Of a DNA stretch of 20,693 nt, positions 1-9,031 are shown in pieces. Below the pieces are notes generated by a model, which did not search any database, had not been told where the DNA came from, and was given only the letters and a program-made list of their open reading frames with translations. Origin of the DNA: an uncultured archaeon (GTDB lineage: Archaea > Asgardarchaeota > Thorarchaeia > Thorarchaeales > Thorarchaeaceae). The position numbers and the translations under genes are program-made. Each line of letters starts with the position of its first letter. Within the stretch, counting starts at the first letter, position 1. Location of the stretch: positions 1 to 20,693 of the forward strand of contig CAZSWP010000052.1 in the NCBI GenBank assembly GCA_964610875.1. Reading direction: 5' to 3'.

Positions 1-223
1 TGTTTAGTGATTTTGCTTGGTCCTCAGTTACACTATCATTTACAAGAAAGACAAGATTTCTATCACAACCATAAGGATTCAATGATGCCATAATTCCAAC
101 TGATTCAACAGCATCCAGAGAAGATTTATCAGTGGATATTGAAAAGAAACAGAGGGCATTAAGGTATTCATATAGGTATTTCTTTGATGTTTTGTCAAGT
201 GATACGAAGTATTCTATTTTCAT
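1..223 (-). CDS. Hypothetical protein, 5' part only (runs off the window's left edge); third gene of the DHH operon
   Basis: Not in the ORF track. ATG at 223 with GAGGG upstream, 19 nt after the stop of the preceding gene. Open for 74 codons to base 1 (MKIEYFVSLDKTSKKYLYEYLNALCFFSISTDKSSLDAVESVGIMASLNPYGCDRNLVFLVND...). Confidence 0.7.
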   Translation of the reverse strand, partial: MKIEYFVSLDKTSKKYLYEYLNALCFFSISTDKSSLDAVESVGIMASLNPYGCDRNLVFLVNDSVTEDQAKSLN

Positions 224-242
224 TTCGATTCCCTCAATCTGA

Positions 243-1358
243 TTAAAAAAAATCGTCGATGGCACCAATCTTGATACCAATTATCCTTGTTTCAGAAGTC
301 GCTGAGCCTTTCTCCTCTGATTTCACAATCGGGATTGAAGCAGTTGAAAAGACATCAATTGTTTCAACTGACTGCCCTTGTTTGGTTGAACCATTCTTAC
401 AATCCATAAGTAAAGATTGAATCAACCCCTTCAGAAAGGGAGGGATTATGATTGCTGTCTTCTGTGTTTTTTTACTAAGCAATTGCAGGTGAGGTTGTAG
501 GTCTTTGGATTCAGAGGAATAATTATCAACCCGCCTGACTTGGATGTTCTTTTCTTTAGTCAAACTGATTATATCTCGAAATATGTTCTCCAAATGTTCT
601 TCTGATTTGTTAGTTCCAATAAGTAATAGGTAATTGTTATCTTTCAGAATTCGGTTTAGGAAAGCAACATACCGTTTAGTCAGCGAAGGGTCATATGTTC
701 CGACAGCGAAAATATATGCATCGTAGTCCGCTGCATCAGCGTCAAAATAACCAAGCAATTGTCTAATGGAAGTTTCTGATTCCAGATACTCGTGAAGTTT
801 GTTACACTGACTCGAAGCGAATGTGCGGCTGGATCTCCTATCCTTCCTAAGTAACCAAAGTATCTTTTGTTCAAGAAGGAACAATGAGCACAAAAAAAGA
901 TTTGGTTCATCCACTGATTCATTATGTCGTAATTCATCAATGGCAATTTCAATGCTTTCATAAATCTCCTTCAGAGTCTTATCGAAATGTTGATAATACG
1001 TATTTGTGATAATTTGATTCACCAAGAGTTCAATCTCAGGAATGAAACTCCTAATGCGTGTTGCCCACTCGAGTGATTCCTTCTCCTCTGTTCGTTTAGA
1101 GCCGCTTTTAGACTCCTGACAAGTCAAAGAATATGGAAGCTTGATTAGAAATGGTCCTTCTTGCCAATGCTTGTCAAAGTCATCTTTTTGTTTGCCCTGT
1201 GGTTTCTCTTCAATACACTTCATAGTAAGAAAACCGTTTATCCACTCCAATTCAATCTCATCTATCTCCATATAATGATGCATTGATGCTGCAATATCGA
1301 GATCTGCAAGAGCAAACGATCTCTCACTGTAACTATTAGATTCCTCATTGTTTTTCAT
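243..1358 (-). CDS. Hypothetical protein (371 aa), unknown function
   Basis: Long ORF. Start revised from 1379 to ATG 1358 (MKNNEES) because GGAGGT (1365-1370) lies 6 nt upstream. Overlaps the DHH stop at 1345, suggesting translational coupling. No motif recognised. Confidence 0.8.
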   Translation of the reverse strand: MKNNEESNSYSERSFALADLDIAASMHHYMEIDEIELEWINGFLTMKCIEEKPQGKQKDDFDKHWQEGPFLIKLPYSLTCQESKSGSKRTEEKESLEWATRIRSFIPEIELLVNQIITNTYYQHFDKTLKEIYESIEIAIDELRHNESVDEPNLFLCSLFLLEQKILWLLRKDRRSSRTFASSQCNKLHEYLESETSIRQLLGYFDADAADYDAYIFAVGTYDPSLTKRYVAFLNRILKDNNYLLLIGTNKSEEHLENIFRDIISLTKEKNIQVRRVDNYSSESKDLQPHLQLLSKKTQKTAIIIPPFLKGLIQSLLMDCKNGSTKQGQSVETIDVFSTASIPIVKSEEKGSATSETRIIGIKIGAIDDFF

Positions 1359-2298
1359 CACACAACCTCCCGAGGACATTACGCAGAAGGGTCAAAACCG
1401 CTGTTAATGATTGAGCTGATGTAAATTGAAATCCCCCAATTCTTGATCTACCTCCTGCAGTCAGCCCCTTCGCTCGCAACAATTCGTAGAGAGGTCCAAA
1501 GTCGATATGGTCATCCTTTGAACCAATGCTACCTCGTTGAATCATCCATTCCCCATCATTAGTGCCCATTAGTGCTACTACAACTCTAAATCGGTTTTCA
1601 AGTTGAAGCATTGCATCACGGGCTGCTTGTAGTTGGAGAGGATTTCCCACATCAACTACAAAGAATCCTATGTTCGGCAATAATTCCGATACTGAATCCA
1701 TTAAGACCGTGGATTTTTTTTGAACCAAATCCCACTTGTTAGATTCTTTTTCAACCCAATTCCAAATCGCACTGACTTGATTGTCTCTGACCCACGTCGT
1801 CAGCTGTTTCCTCATCTCGGTTGATGAGATATTCAACATATAGGAGCGGTGCAGCTTCAGAGCCATTGGGTGCTTGTAGGTCCCATTATCAATCTGACTA
1901 ATGATATCAATCATTTCAAGCATCTCAGAATCAAGAGTGATATTATTGCCTAGGAATGTGACCATTATTTCAATAGATGACCTCATGTTATTGAATTCAA
2001 CTATTCGCTTCTCCATATCGGAACCATTGAAAATATAGATGCCAGAGAATTCTTCATGATGATCAATCAAAATGTTCCAACCTTTGTAATAGAGTCCTTT
2101 GGTGGGACCTAGTTCAATAAGAATTGCATTCTTTACAGAAAGGCCATGCAATTCTCCCGGTGGAGGAAATCGAAATGGCATTGAAATTTCAAGACTATCG
2201 AAGTATCTCAACAGAATACCTGTAGAAAACAGGCCATCAAGATCGCCATCACTCACTATCTCAGATGGATTGAAACCAGAATAGCGAAATATACTCAA
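1345..2298 (-). CDS. DHH/DHHA1 family phosphoesterase
   Basis: Motif 1 SDGDLDG, motif 3 ILIDHHE, helix DIISQID, and C-terminal DHHA1-like GLTAGGRSRIGGF (GGR in place of the usual GGH). TTG start. Confidence 0.85.
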   Translation of the reverse strand: MSIFRYSGFNPSEIVSDGDLDGLFSTGILLRYFDSLEISMPFRFPPPGELHGLSVKNAILIELGPTKGLYYKGWNILIDHHEEFSGIYIFNGSDMEKRIVEFNNMRSSIEIMVTFLGNNITLDSEMLEMIDIISQIDNGTYKHPMALKLHRSYMLNISSTEMRKQLTTWVRDNQVSAIWNWVEKESNKWDLVQKKSTVLMDSVSELLPNIGFFVVDVGNPLQLQAARDAMLQLENRFRVVVALMGTNDGEWMIQRGSIGSKDDHIDFGPLYELLRAKGLTAGGRSRIGGFQFTSAQSLTAVLTLLRNVLGRLCDEKQ

Positions 2299-2330
2299 CT
2301 CATACCACTACATTATTGTGGTTTTAGTGT

Positions 2331-2338
2331 TTTATAAA
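2331..2338 (-). promoter_or_regulatory. Candidate archaeal TATA box for the DHH operon
   Basis: TTTATAAA 33-40 nt upstream of the TTG start at 2298. Confidence 0.5.
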
Positions 2339-2380
2339 TTCATTGAGAGAGTTAAACCTTGGATGCAACAGTTTAGATGT

Positions 2381-2417
2381 TGACGAATGTAGTCATGACG
2401 CAATGACGGAGATGACG
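2381..2417. repeat. Four clustered TGACG direct repeats
   Basis: TGACG at 2381, 2396, 2404 and 2413; the last three are ATGACG. Palindrome GTCATGAC at 2392-2399. Confidence 0.6.
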
Positions 2418-2642
2418 GAATTTGGAACACAATCCTAGTCCGCTCAGGAACTTTCACCTGAAACTATTATCGCATCACTAGCCCAAAAGTCATGGACTGA
2501 AGGAGAGTTGAGAGATAAAGTGGTTTCACTTGGTTATTCACGTGATTCTTTCGATGCAATCTTTCCTGTTATTAGACTTAATCCTCGTGTTCAATCTCAC
2601 GGAGTTACTCCAATCTACTACTCAATCAGAGCAGAGAGGTAG
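2403..2642 (+). pseudogene. Small ORF with in-frame TAG; winged-helix-like C-terminal fragment, possibly a replication-protein relic
   Basis: MTEMTEFGTQS*SAQELSPETIIASLAQKSWTEGELRDKVVSLGYSRDSFDAIFPVIRLNPRVQSHGVTPIYYSIRAER*, with TAG at 2436-2438. The helix-helix-helix-hairpin pattern is judged by eye. Confidence 0.4.
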
Positions 2643-2715
2643 TTTACAGTTAACAGAATGACCTTGATGACTACTAGGAATTTCTTGTTTTGCTGCAAAT
2701 GTAAACTGTGTAAAC
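2641..2715. repeat. Direct plus inverted heptamer cluster (GTTTACA)
   Basis: GTTTACA-GTTAACA tandem at 2642-2655 and inverted TGTAAAC copies at 2700-2706 and 2709-2715. AGTTTACA/TGTAAACT is a perfect 8-bp inverted repeat. Confidence 0.6.
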
Positions 2716-3031
2716 AATTCTATCAGCGAGAATCTTTCCAACCCCTTCTTTACGCGCACTTGATTTCAGGCAACAACTTTGTTTCTTTGGGACTTCGGTG
2801 ATGAAAGCTGTATATGACAACTTTTCTGTTTCAGCGACAGATACACCATCTGTCTAATAATTCTAGGTACTTCTGAATACCTCAAAGGACTGTTAATAAC
2901 GGATTGTAAATGGTATGCTACACAACCATCCAAAAATCGAACGTAAATCTTAGAAAGAGTTTTGTACCGGCTCAGCTATCACCATCTTGAACATCCTACG
3001 GTATGAGATGTTCTTGACGGGGAGCCTTTCA

Positions 3032-3109
3032 ATGGCACGATTAACACTTCAACAACTAGAACGCCATTTGTTCGCTGCTGCTGATATCCTTCATGGAAAG
3101 ATAGATGCT
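3032..3109 (+). pseudogene. hsdM: Type I restriction-modification M subunit, N-terminal 26-codon remnant
   Basis: MARLTLQQLERHLFAAADILHGKIDA matches the typical HsdM N-terminus (LE..LF.AADILRG.MDA). RBS GGGGAG at 3019-3024. Similarity ends abruptly and the frame stops at 3178. Confidence 0.8.
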
Positions 3110-3260
3110 GTTAAGCACATCTTGATGCGCTCATCTTCTAACAGGCATGTGGTTCAATTGACGACCTGTAGAAGATGACTATTCCAGACTAGGTCGATCT
3201 CAGCAGACCTGAAGAGATTTCCAATCCAAAGAAAATTGGATATACAGACATATCAACTGA

Positions 3261-6044
3261 CTATCCTATCTCGAATTGTGTATATCCACTCACAGAATAC
3301 ACAGTCTTTTGATGTGGTGTCATAGTGATCTTACCGATGGGGCTGTAGATGACAAACCTTCGATCTCGGTCCTTCTCTATCCTAAGGATAAATAGAGCAA
3401 AGCCATCTCCATATTCCAGAGCATGGTTTCTCTCGTTCTCAGTAAGAGTGGGAGTATCGTGGTACTGGATGCCTTTCACCTCCACGCGTAATATTTGGAT
3501 GTGCTTCCTACAGATGATATCGTATCCTCGATTATCACGGGCTATGTCTTCGACCTGATATCCTAAAGACTCGAAATACTCCATAGCCGCTTTCATAGCT
3601 TTCTGTTCTACTTCGTGACGTTCCAACCACGATTGTTCGCTCTCTGTCTGTTCAAACTCCACCTCGCAAATTGTAGCTTTCTGTTCCACACGTGCTTCTG
3701 CTGGCTTTTGTGAGAGGTGCTCTTGCAAGAGCTGACGATATCTAGCCTGTCGCTCACGGTTGTCTGTCATTATGAGCTCTTTCTGGATGTCATCTCGCTT
3801 CTCAGCCCATAGATAGAGTGAGCGCCCCAACCATTCCTCCTTTCGTTTTGCTATGTAATCTTCCCGAGGTATGAAGGATACCCTTGTCTGCTGCTCTACA
3901 TAATATGGGACCAAAGAGAGAATTGCTTCGAACGTCAGAATTCCATCTGGAGTGACCAGAACTGGTTCTTCATAGACTGTCTTATCATCCACCTTGATGG
4001 AATACAGTTCAAGGGTCCCTCTCATGTTTTTGTGATAGGCAAGACGCACTCCTCTGTTATCTTCTATGAGGTCTTTTGCCACATCAATTGCGGTCTGCAC
4101 TCCTTGGTCTCGAAGGGATAGCGAGTCAACGAGAATATACCTCCCATCTTTGAAGACTTGATATGTGCTCACTTCACTGTCTTTATGAGGAAGCTGTCCG
4201 GAACCATAGGGCGGAACCTCTTTGAGATATTCGAGGAATCGGTAGAGGTCCCCCTCAGTCAGAGTTTCATCGAGGTCGATGTATGCACTCTTCTGTAGCT
4301 CCTCCACATTCACCACACGAGGAAGAGTCTTACTGGAGTTCAGGATATCCACAACCTCTTTGCTTATCTTCCGACTCATCTTGAAAGCATCTTCTATCCT
4401 TGTTGATGCTATTGTTTCTCCCTCCTTATGGATGAGTTCCTCGATATCTCCAAGCTGCTGTGCAAAGACACTGAGACCTACCTCTCCAAACTCATCATTG
4501 ATGGTCTGGATTTTCTCCAGCATGACTTCCATCACTCGTTGCTCTACCTTGAAGGCGGGAAGGAAATTATGGATATAGAGCGGGTCACGCTTCTGTTTCA
4601 ATCGCCAGATACGTCCAACGCGCTGGATGTAGGCTACTGGACTCCATGGAACCTCATAGTTTATCTCAACACTGGCGGACTGGAGATTTAGAGACTCGGA
4701 CATAGCATCAGTTCCCACGATGATACGTACTCGTTCATCCTCATCCAAAGAGCGAACTACCTGCTTTCGTTCATCAAATGCAACCCTACTGGTTATCTTC
4801 TTTGGACGATACCCTGCGTCTTCCAATATCTCACACAGATAGTCTACAGTTTCAAGGAAACTGGTGAATATCAACACTTTGCGGTCTTCGCCTATCCAGT
4901 CCTTTAGATGGGTAAGGAGAAACTGCCCCTTTCGGTCCAAGTCCTCCTGAGCCAAGATCTGTCTTCCAAGTTCGAGGACAGGCTCTAAAAGTTGTAATTC
5001 GTTCTCCCTCTCTTCAGGACTGATTGGCTCACTACTGAATAGCGTGTCAATCTCACTATCACTGAGTTCTCCTCCGTCTTGCAGGTGTTCATAAGCATCC
5101 CTGACCACTTCAGGGTCTGCTTCAGGACCAGGGTTCATCAGTCGTGCTCGTCGACGTGCCAGCATCTTGACTCCTGCTCGAATACTGGATGAGATGGCAC
5201 GTCCCATCACCACAGCCACCAGAGCTCCAGCTCCTGCGGACTTGAACCTGTCCCGTGCATACTTGTCAGCAGCGTCGTAGAACTGAAGTTCCAGAGGATC
5301 TACTTCAAAGTCCTCTGTAGTTTCTATGACTTTCTGACCAAAGAGAGGTGCGTTGTTGACATCAACTGATTCTCGTTTCGTTCTACGGATGACAATGGGA
5401 CTGGGTGCAGTAAGAGATAGACGGTAGTAATACCGTTCTGATTTTCCATCATGAGGAGTTGCAGTAAGAGCCACAAAATGCTTGGTCCTCTCTGTGATCA
5501 ATTCTAAGAGCTCGCCTCGCATATTTCCAGGAGAGGCTCTGTGCAATTCATCCACTAAGACTAGGTCCCACTCTTGGTCTCTTAGCTCTTCTTTCCATTG
5601 GTCGAACTTCACAGTGTCAATGGAAGCAATAGTCTGGTCTGAGAACTTGCCAGTGGAGGAATCGAATATGTCAAGGTCCAACCCAAACTTCTTGGACAAC
5701 TCTTCTCTGAACTGCAGAATGACTCCTGGTGGAGTCAGAACCAACACACGCGCGTTCCTCCGTTGTCCATGGACTGCAATGAGCTCCTGCATGAGCATCC
5801 CCGCAAGGATTGTCTTACCAAGACCTGTCTCATAGGCTATCAGAGCTCGGATATTGCCATGGGTACTTAGTTCCTCCATGAGTTTTGCAAAGTCGTATAT
5901 CTGATATGGAAGAGGGTCTATCTTTGATGAGAGAAATATTCGTAAGGGGTCATAGCTGTTCTTCGCCTCCAACACATATGCATATACACCAGCCATGAAC
6001 TTTGCAAACTCAATATGTACCTCTTCAACCTGGGATGCTGTCAT
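3261..6044 (-). CDS. SWI2/SNF2 helicase fused to C-terminal DUF3883 PD-(D/E)XK nuclease (effector of the DUF499/DUF1156 system)
   Basis: Q-motif DPLPYQ, Walker A ETGLGKT, Walker B VDELH, LTATPH, IRRTK, TDAMSESLNLQ, QRVGRIWR. C-terminal VEQKAM..AMEY...GYQVEDI...GYDI...VEVKG. ATGA overlap with the methylase stop. Confidence 0.92.
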   Translation of the reverse strand: MTASQVEEVHIEFAKFMAGVYAYVLEAKNSYDPLRIFLSSKIDPLPYQIYDFAKLMEELSTHGNIRALIAYETGLGKTILAGMLMQELIAVHGQRRNARVLVLTPPGVILQFREELSKKFGLDLDIFDSSTGKFSDQTIASIDTVKFDQWKEELRDQEWDLVLVDELHRASPGNMRGELLELITERTKHFVALTATPHDGKSERYYYRLSLTAPSPIVIRRTKRESVDVNNAPLFGQKVIETTEDFEVDPLELQFYDAADKYARDRFKSAGAGALVAVVMGRAISSSIRAGVKMLARRRARLMNPGPEADPEVVRDAYEHLQDGGELSDSEIDTLFSSEPISPEERENELQLLEPVLELGRQILAQEDLDRKGQFLLTHLKDWIGEDRKVLIFTSFLETVDYLCEILEDAGYRPKKITSRVAFDERKQVVRSLDEDERVRIIVGTDAMSESLNLQSASVEINYEVPWSPVAYIQRVGRIWRLKQKRDPLYIHNFLPAFKVEQRVMEVMLEKIQTINDEFGEVGLSVFAQQLGDIEELIHKEGETIASTRIEDAFKMSRKISKEVVDILNSSKTLPRVVNVEELQKSAYIDLDETLTEGDLYRFLEYLKEVPPYGSGQLPHKDSEVSTYQVFKDGRYILVDSLSLRDQGVQTAIDVAKDLIEDNRGVRLAYHKNMRGTLELYSIKVDDKTVYEEPVLVTPDGILTFEAILSLVPYYVEQQTRVSFIPREDYIAKRKEEWLGRSLYLWAEKRDDIQKELIMTDNRERQARYRQLLQEHLSQKPAEARVEQKATICEVEFEQTESEQSWLERHEVEQKAMKAAMEYFESLGYQVEDIARDNRGYDIICRKHIQILRVEVKGIQYHDTPTLTENERNHALEYGDGFALFILRIEKDRDRRFVIYSPIGKITMTPHQKTVYSVSGYTQFEIG

Positions 6045-8635
6045 GCTTCATCATCTTCTGTGAGATATTTATCCAGTTTTTCATCCTGATAGGACTTACC
6101 GCGGTCATGGAGAATACCCCAATCGACCAGAAACTCTCTACTGGTCTCTCCCTCTTTATATCCTGGACGGAGAGAAGCTATCTTTGCCAGACCTTCAAGA
6201 GTGTGTAACAACATTGTTTCTCCATATGTGGAGTTGCGGATAATAGCAGAAGCCTCGGTCAATCCCCCCCGGATATATGCTCGGAGAATACGATGTACAG
6301 AATCAATAACGCTAGTGTCTACTAGATGATCGGTTCCACTGACTTCTAAGGGGCCTCGTTCTGTGTAGTCCAATAGTCGTACCTTGTTCCCTTCTTTATG
6401 AATGAAGTCTGCAGATAGAGATTCATCAATTCCAAGTGCTTTTAGTGTTTGATTGAACTCAGAAAAGGGAATATTCTCAGAGGGCGAATATCGTAACCAG
6501 ACATAGAGCATAGTCTTAGGATCCACATAATCAATACCAAGGGAACGTTTTGCAAAGAGTTCAATGAGGTATTTTTGACCAGTTTCAAGTGCATATTCCG
6601 CAGTGTTTCTCGTGAAAGATTCAATTTCAGCATAACTTGTGATCGTTTCGATGACTATTCCAGATGCTGCTACCATAAGGTTCAATCTATCTTCCCCATA
6701 TATTTCTACAAGATGAGAATATCGGGATTCCATTTTTTCTCTCACTTCCTTGTCCAAATCAGCTAGACGAATCGTTTTGTCATCGAGTCTCTTTCTAGCA
6801 GTTAGAAGAAGTGAATGAAATACCGAAGAACGGGTTTGTGCCAGTACTCCTGTTCCTTCTGTTCGTAGAGTGTGTGTTGAAGTGACTATGAATCTAGCCT
6901 TGCGTAATGCATCAAGAACATATTTCCAGCCATCTATGCTTTTATGTGCATAGAACATCACTAGAATCCCATCATCCTCAAGAAGACGATGTATTCGTGA
7001 CAATGCAATCCTCATCCGTGATTCAAACATATGTTCGTCACGTTCATCACTATTCAAAGTAACACTCAATTCTTCTGTTGTTGATGGAGTTGAAGGGATA
7101 TCTATCAAATCTCCAACAGTCTTATTATGCCACACCTGATAGAATTGCATCAAATCAGGATATTGAACATCGTTGTAGTATGGGGGGTCAGTGATAATGA
7201 CTTTAAACCGTTCCTCGCGTTGCCAGGAAAGTATTGATTGATTGAGAAGTTCTACATTTGGGATTCTTTCATCAATCATCTTAGACGAGTTATTAGATAT
7301 TTGTTCAATAATGAATTCCAAACCGGAAAGTATATTCTCCATCGCGTTTTGGATTGAACCGGCAGTTTTTTCAAATGGGTTTATTTCAGAATGACACCAC
7401 ATAATACTTGGCCTTTTGTTAGATAGAACGTGTTCTGTTTTCACTCCATAAACATTCCATGCAGAAGACCGGCTATTTCTCATCAAGTGTTTTGAAAAAA
7501 TCATGGAAAGATAAGTTCCAATTACTGCAGCATAATCTGCATCAGTCTTTTTAATTTCTTCAACTATTGTTCTAATCTCTCGGACGAATGAAGCAAGAAG
7601 GAGCAACTGACGAGGAGAATGTAATCGATACCAATATGTGAGATACTTCAAACAATTTGATTCAGGAGTCATCTTTTCAGTAGGAATATACTTACTTAAT
7701 GCCGTCAAATTAGTATCAAAATATTCTTTTGCTTTTTCTAAAGCATCAAGATCTTCTTTTCGTGGAAGAACAAACTTATGAGATCCCAAGTACATTGCCA
7801 GAAGCATCTCACGTTGATTCTTTGCGATGTCTTCAACAATATAGTCATTTGGAATTGGATGTGTACAATCTGAGTATACACATGTTCCTTTTCCATAGTA
7901 TACTGTACCCGATGAGCCGTCTTTTCCCTCTACAATCTCAAAATGAAGGTTTCCTTCCTCAGTATGTGGCACCAGTCGGATGGATTTTTCTTTATCTAAA
8001 TCCCAATTGGTGACAAGTGGGGTTATTCTTTCGCAGAATGGACATTTAACTGCCCATGCATGAATGTAGCATTTGACCCGCTGCCCTTCATATACTGGGT
8101 AAAAAATATCCAATTCTTTCTTCAGAGATAAGAAAATTTTCGATGCGTATCGCTCCACATCCACAAACAATTTTGATTTTCCGGATTCTAAAATATCACC
8201 ATATTTGATTGGATACTCTATTGTTCCCTTCATTGTTAGATATGCTACAGGATTATAATCAAGTGCAACAACATCGAAACCCATTCGAACAGCTTCAAAG
8301 GGAATTGTACCAGTACCAGCAAAGGGGTCCAATATTGTGATATCCTCAGATGCATATTTAGACAGTATAGTCTTGAGTCTGTCTGGAACGCTGATATATG
8401 CCCGATTCTTCAAAGTAGCATCTAAATTCATAAGTTGATGAAATTCTTGTTTCGCTGATAATATTGAAGAAGGAAGTACACTCCCAGCAATAGCTAAACG
8501 AGCGGTGATTAAGGGTTTCCGTGTGGGATAATAATGTAACAGAACATGAGGCGAAACGGCTTTCTTTTCCTTTTTCGCTTCCTTATTTACTAGAGCAACA
8601 GGAACACTATCCTCAAGCAGGCATCTATCTATCAG
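6041..8635 (-). CDS. DUF1156-type amino (probably N6-adenine) DNA methyltransferase with Zn ribbon
   Basis: LHYYPTRKPL (the HxWWARRPL box), motif I DPFAGTGTIPFEA, CPFC...CVYSDC, motif IV TDPPYY, MFYAHKS..GW. Start revised from TTG 8734 to a likely CTG at 8635 (GGGGGT RBS 6 nt upstream); start uncertain. Confidence 0.9.
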   Translation of the reverse strand: MIDRCLLEDSVPVALVNKEAKKEKKAVSPHVLLHYYPTRKPLITARLAIAGSVLPSSILSAKQEFHQLMNLDATLKNRAYISVPDRLKTILSKYASEDITILDPFAGTGTIPFEAVRMGFDVVALDYNPVAYLTMKGTIEYPIKYGDILESGKSKLFVDVERYASKIFLSLKKELDIFYPVYEGQRVKCYIHAWAVKCPFCERITPLVTNWDLDKEKSIRLVPHTEEGNLHFEIVEGKDGSSGTVYYGKGTCVYSDCTHPIPNDYIVEDIAKNQREMLLAMYLGSHKFVLPRKEDLDALEKAKEYFDTNLTALSKYIPTEKMTPESNCLKYLTYWYRLHSPRQLLLLASFVREIRTIVEEIKKTDADYAAVIGTYLSMIFSKHLMRNSRSSAWNVYGVKTEHVLSNKRPSIMWCHSEINPFEKTAGSIQNAMENILSGLEFIIEQISNNSSKMIDERIPNVELLNQSILSWQREERFKVIITDPPYYNDVQYPDLMQFYQVWHNKTVGDLIDIPSTPSTTEELSVTLNSDERDEHMFESRMRIALSRIHRLLEDDGILVMFYAHKSIDGWKYVLDALRKARFIVTSTHTLRTEGTGVLAQTRSSVFHSLLLTARKRLDDKTIRLADLDKEVREKMESRYSHLVEIYGEDRLNLMVAASGIVIETITSYAEIESFTRNTAEYALETGQKYLIELFAKRSLGIDYVDPKTMLYVWLRYSPSENIPFSEFNQTLKALGIDESLSADFIHKEGNKVRLLDYTERGPLEVSGTDHLVDTSVIDSVHRILRAYIRGGLTEASAIIRNSTYGETMLLHTLEGLAKIASLRPGYKEGETSREFLVDWGILHDRGKSYQDEKLDKYLTEDDEA

Positions 8636-9026
8636 AAAAATACCCCCGTGATGACATATGGATAGCCTTGAGTCCCGCGATAGCTCGTTTCCCGTAGCTA
8701 TTATACTGCCATACCCAGAAGATGGTCTCTTCAAGGGTCAGCTGTTTCATGAGACCAAGAAACACAACGGATTTTTTAGGTGATTTGATTTCACCGAGAA
8801 GTTTGATGGCTAAGTACAGTCGGTTTCCCCGTTCTCTATTATCAGCTTCTCGAAGATGAGCATCCACCAGTCTGATGAGTCTACGTTTCCACCCTCGTAC
8901 CTCTCCACGTACATAGATGTTTCCAAGGAAGTCTTCCTCAAGGCGAGTGGTATGCTCGGTATCAACAAGATAATACATCGAGTTGTCATAGAGTAGATGT
9001 GAGTTGTTCGTCTGCCCGGTTGTCAT
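8625..9026 (-). CDS. Small accessory protein, DUF3780-like by position and motif
   Basis: Lies between the DUF499 and DUF1156 genes. RGNRLYL...LTLEETIFW...KRAIAGLK resembles the 'EE.(W/Y)W...R.AL' signature of the small subunit of these systems. Confidence 0.7.
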   Translation of the reverse strand: MTTGQTNNSHLLYDNSMYYLVDTEHTTRLEEDFLGNIYVRGEVRGWKRRLIRLVDAHLREADNRERGNRLYLAIKLLGEIKSPKKSVVFLGLMKQLTLEETIFWVWQYNSYGKRAIAGLKAIHMSSRGYFSDR

Positions 9027-9031
9027 GAATA

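Noticed and set aside
2660-2855. About 60 open codons on the minus strand and a GACAGAT/ATCTGTC 7-bp inverted repeat at 2836-2854
   Set aside because: No clear start with RBS and no recognisable protein motif; a 7-bp IR alone is not significant.
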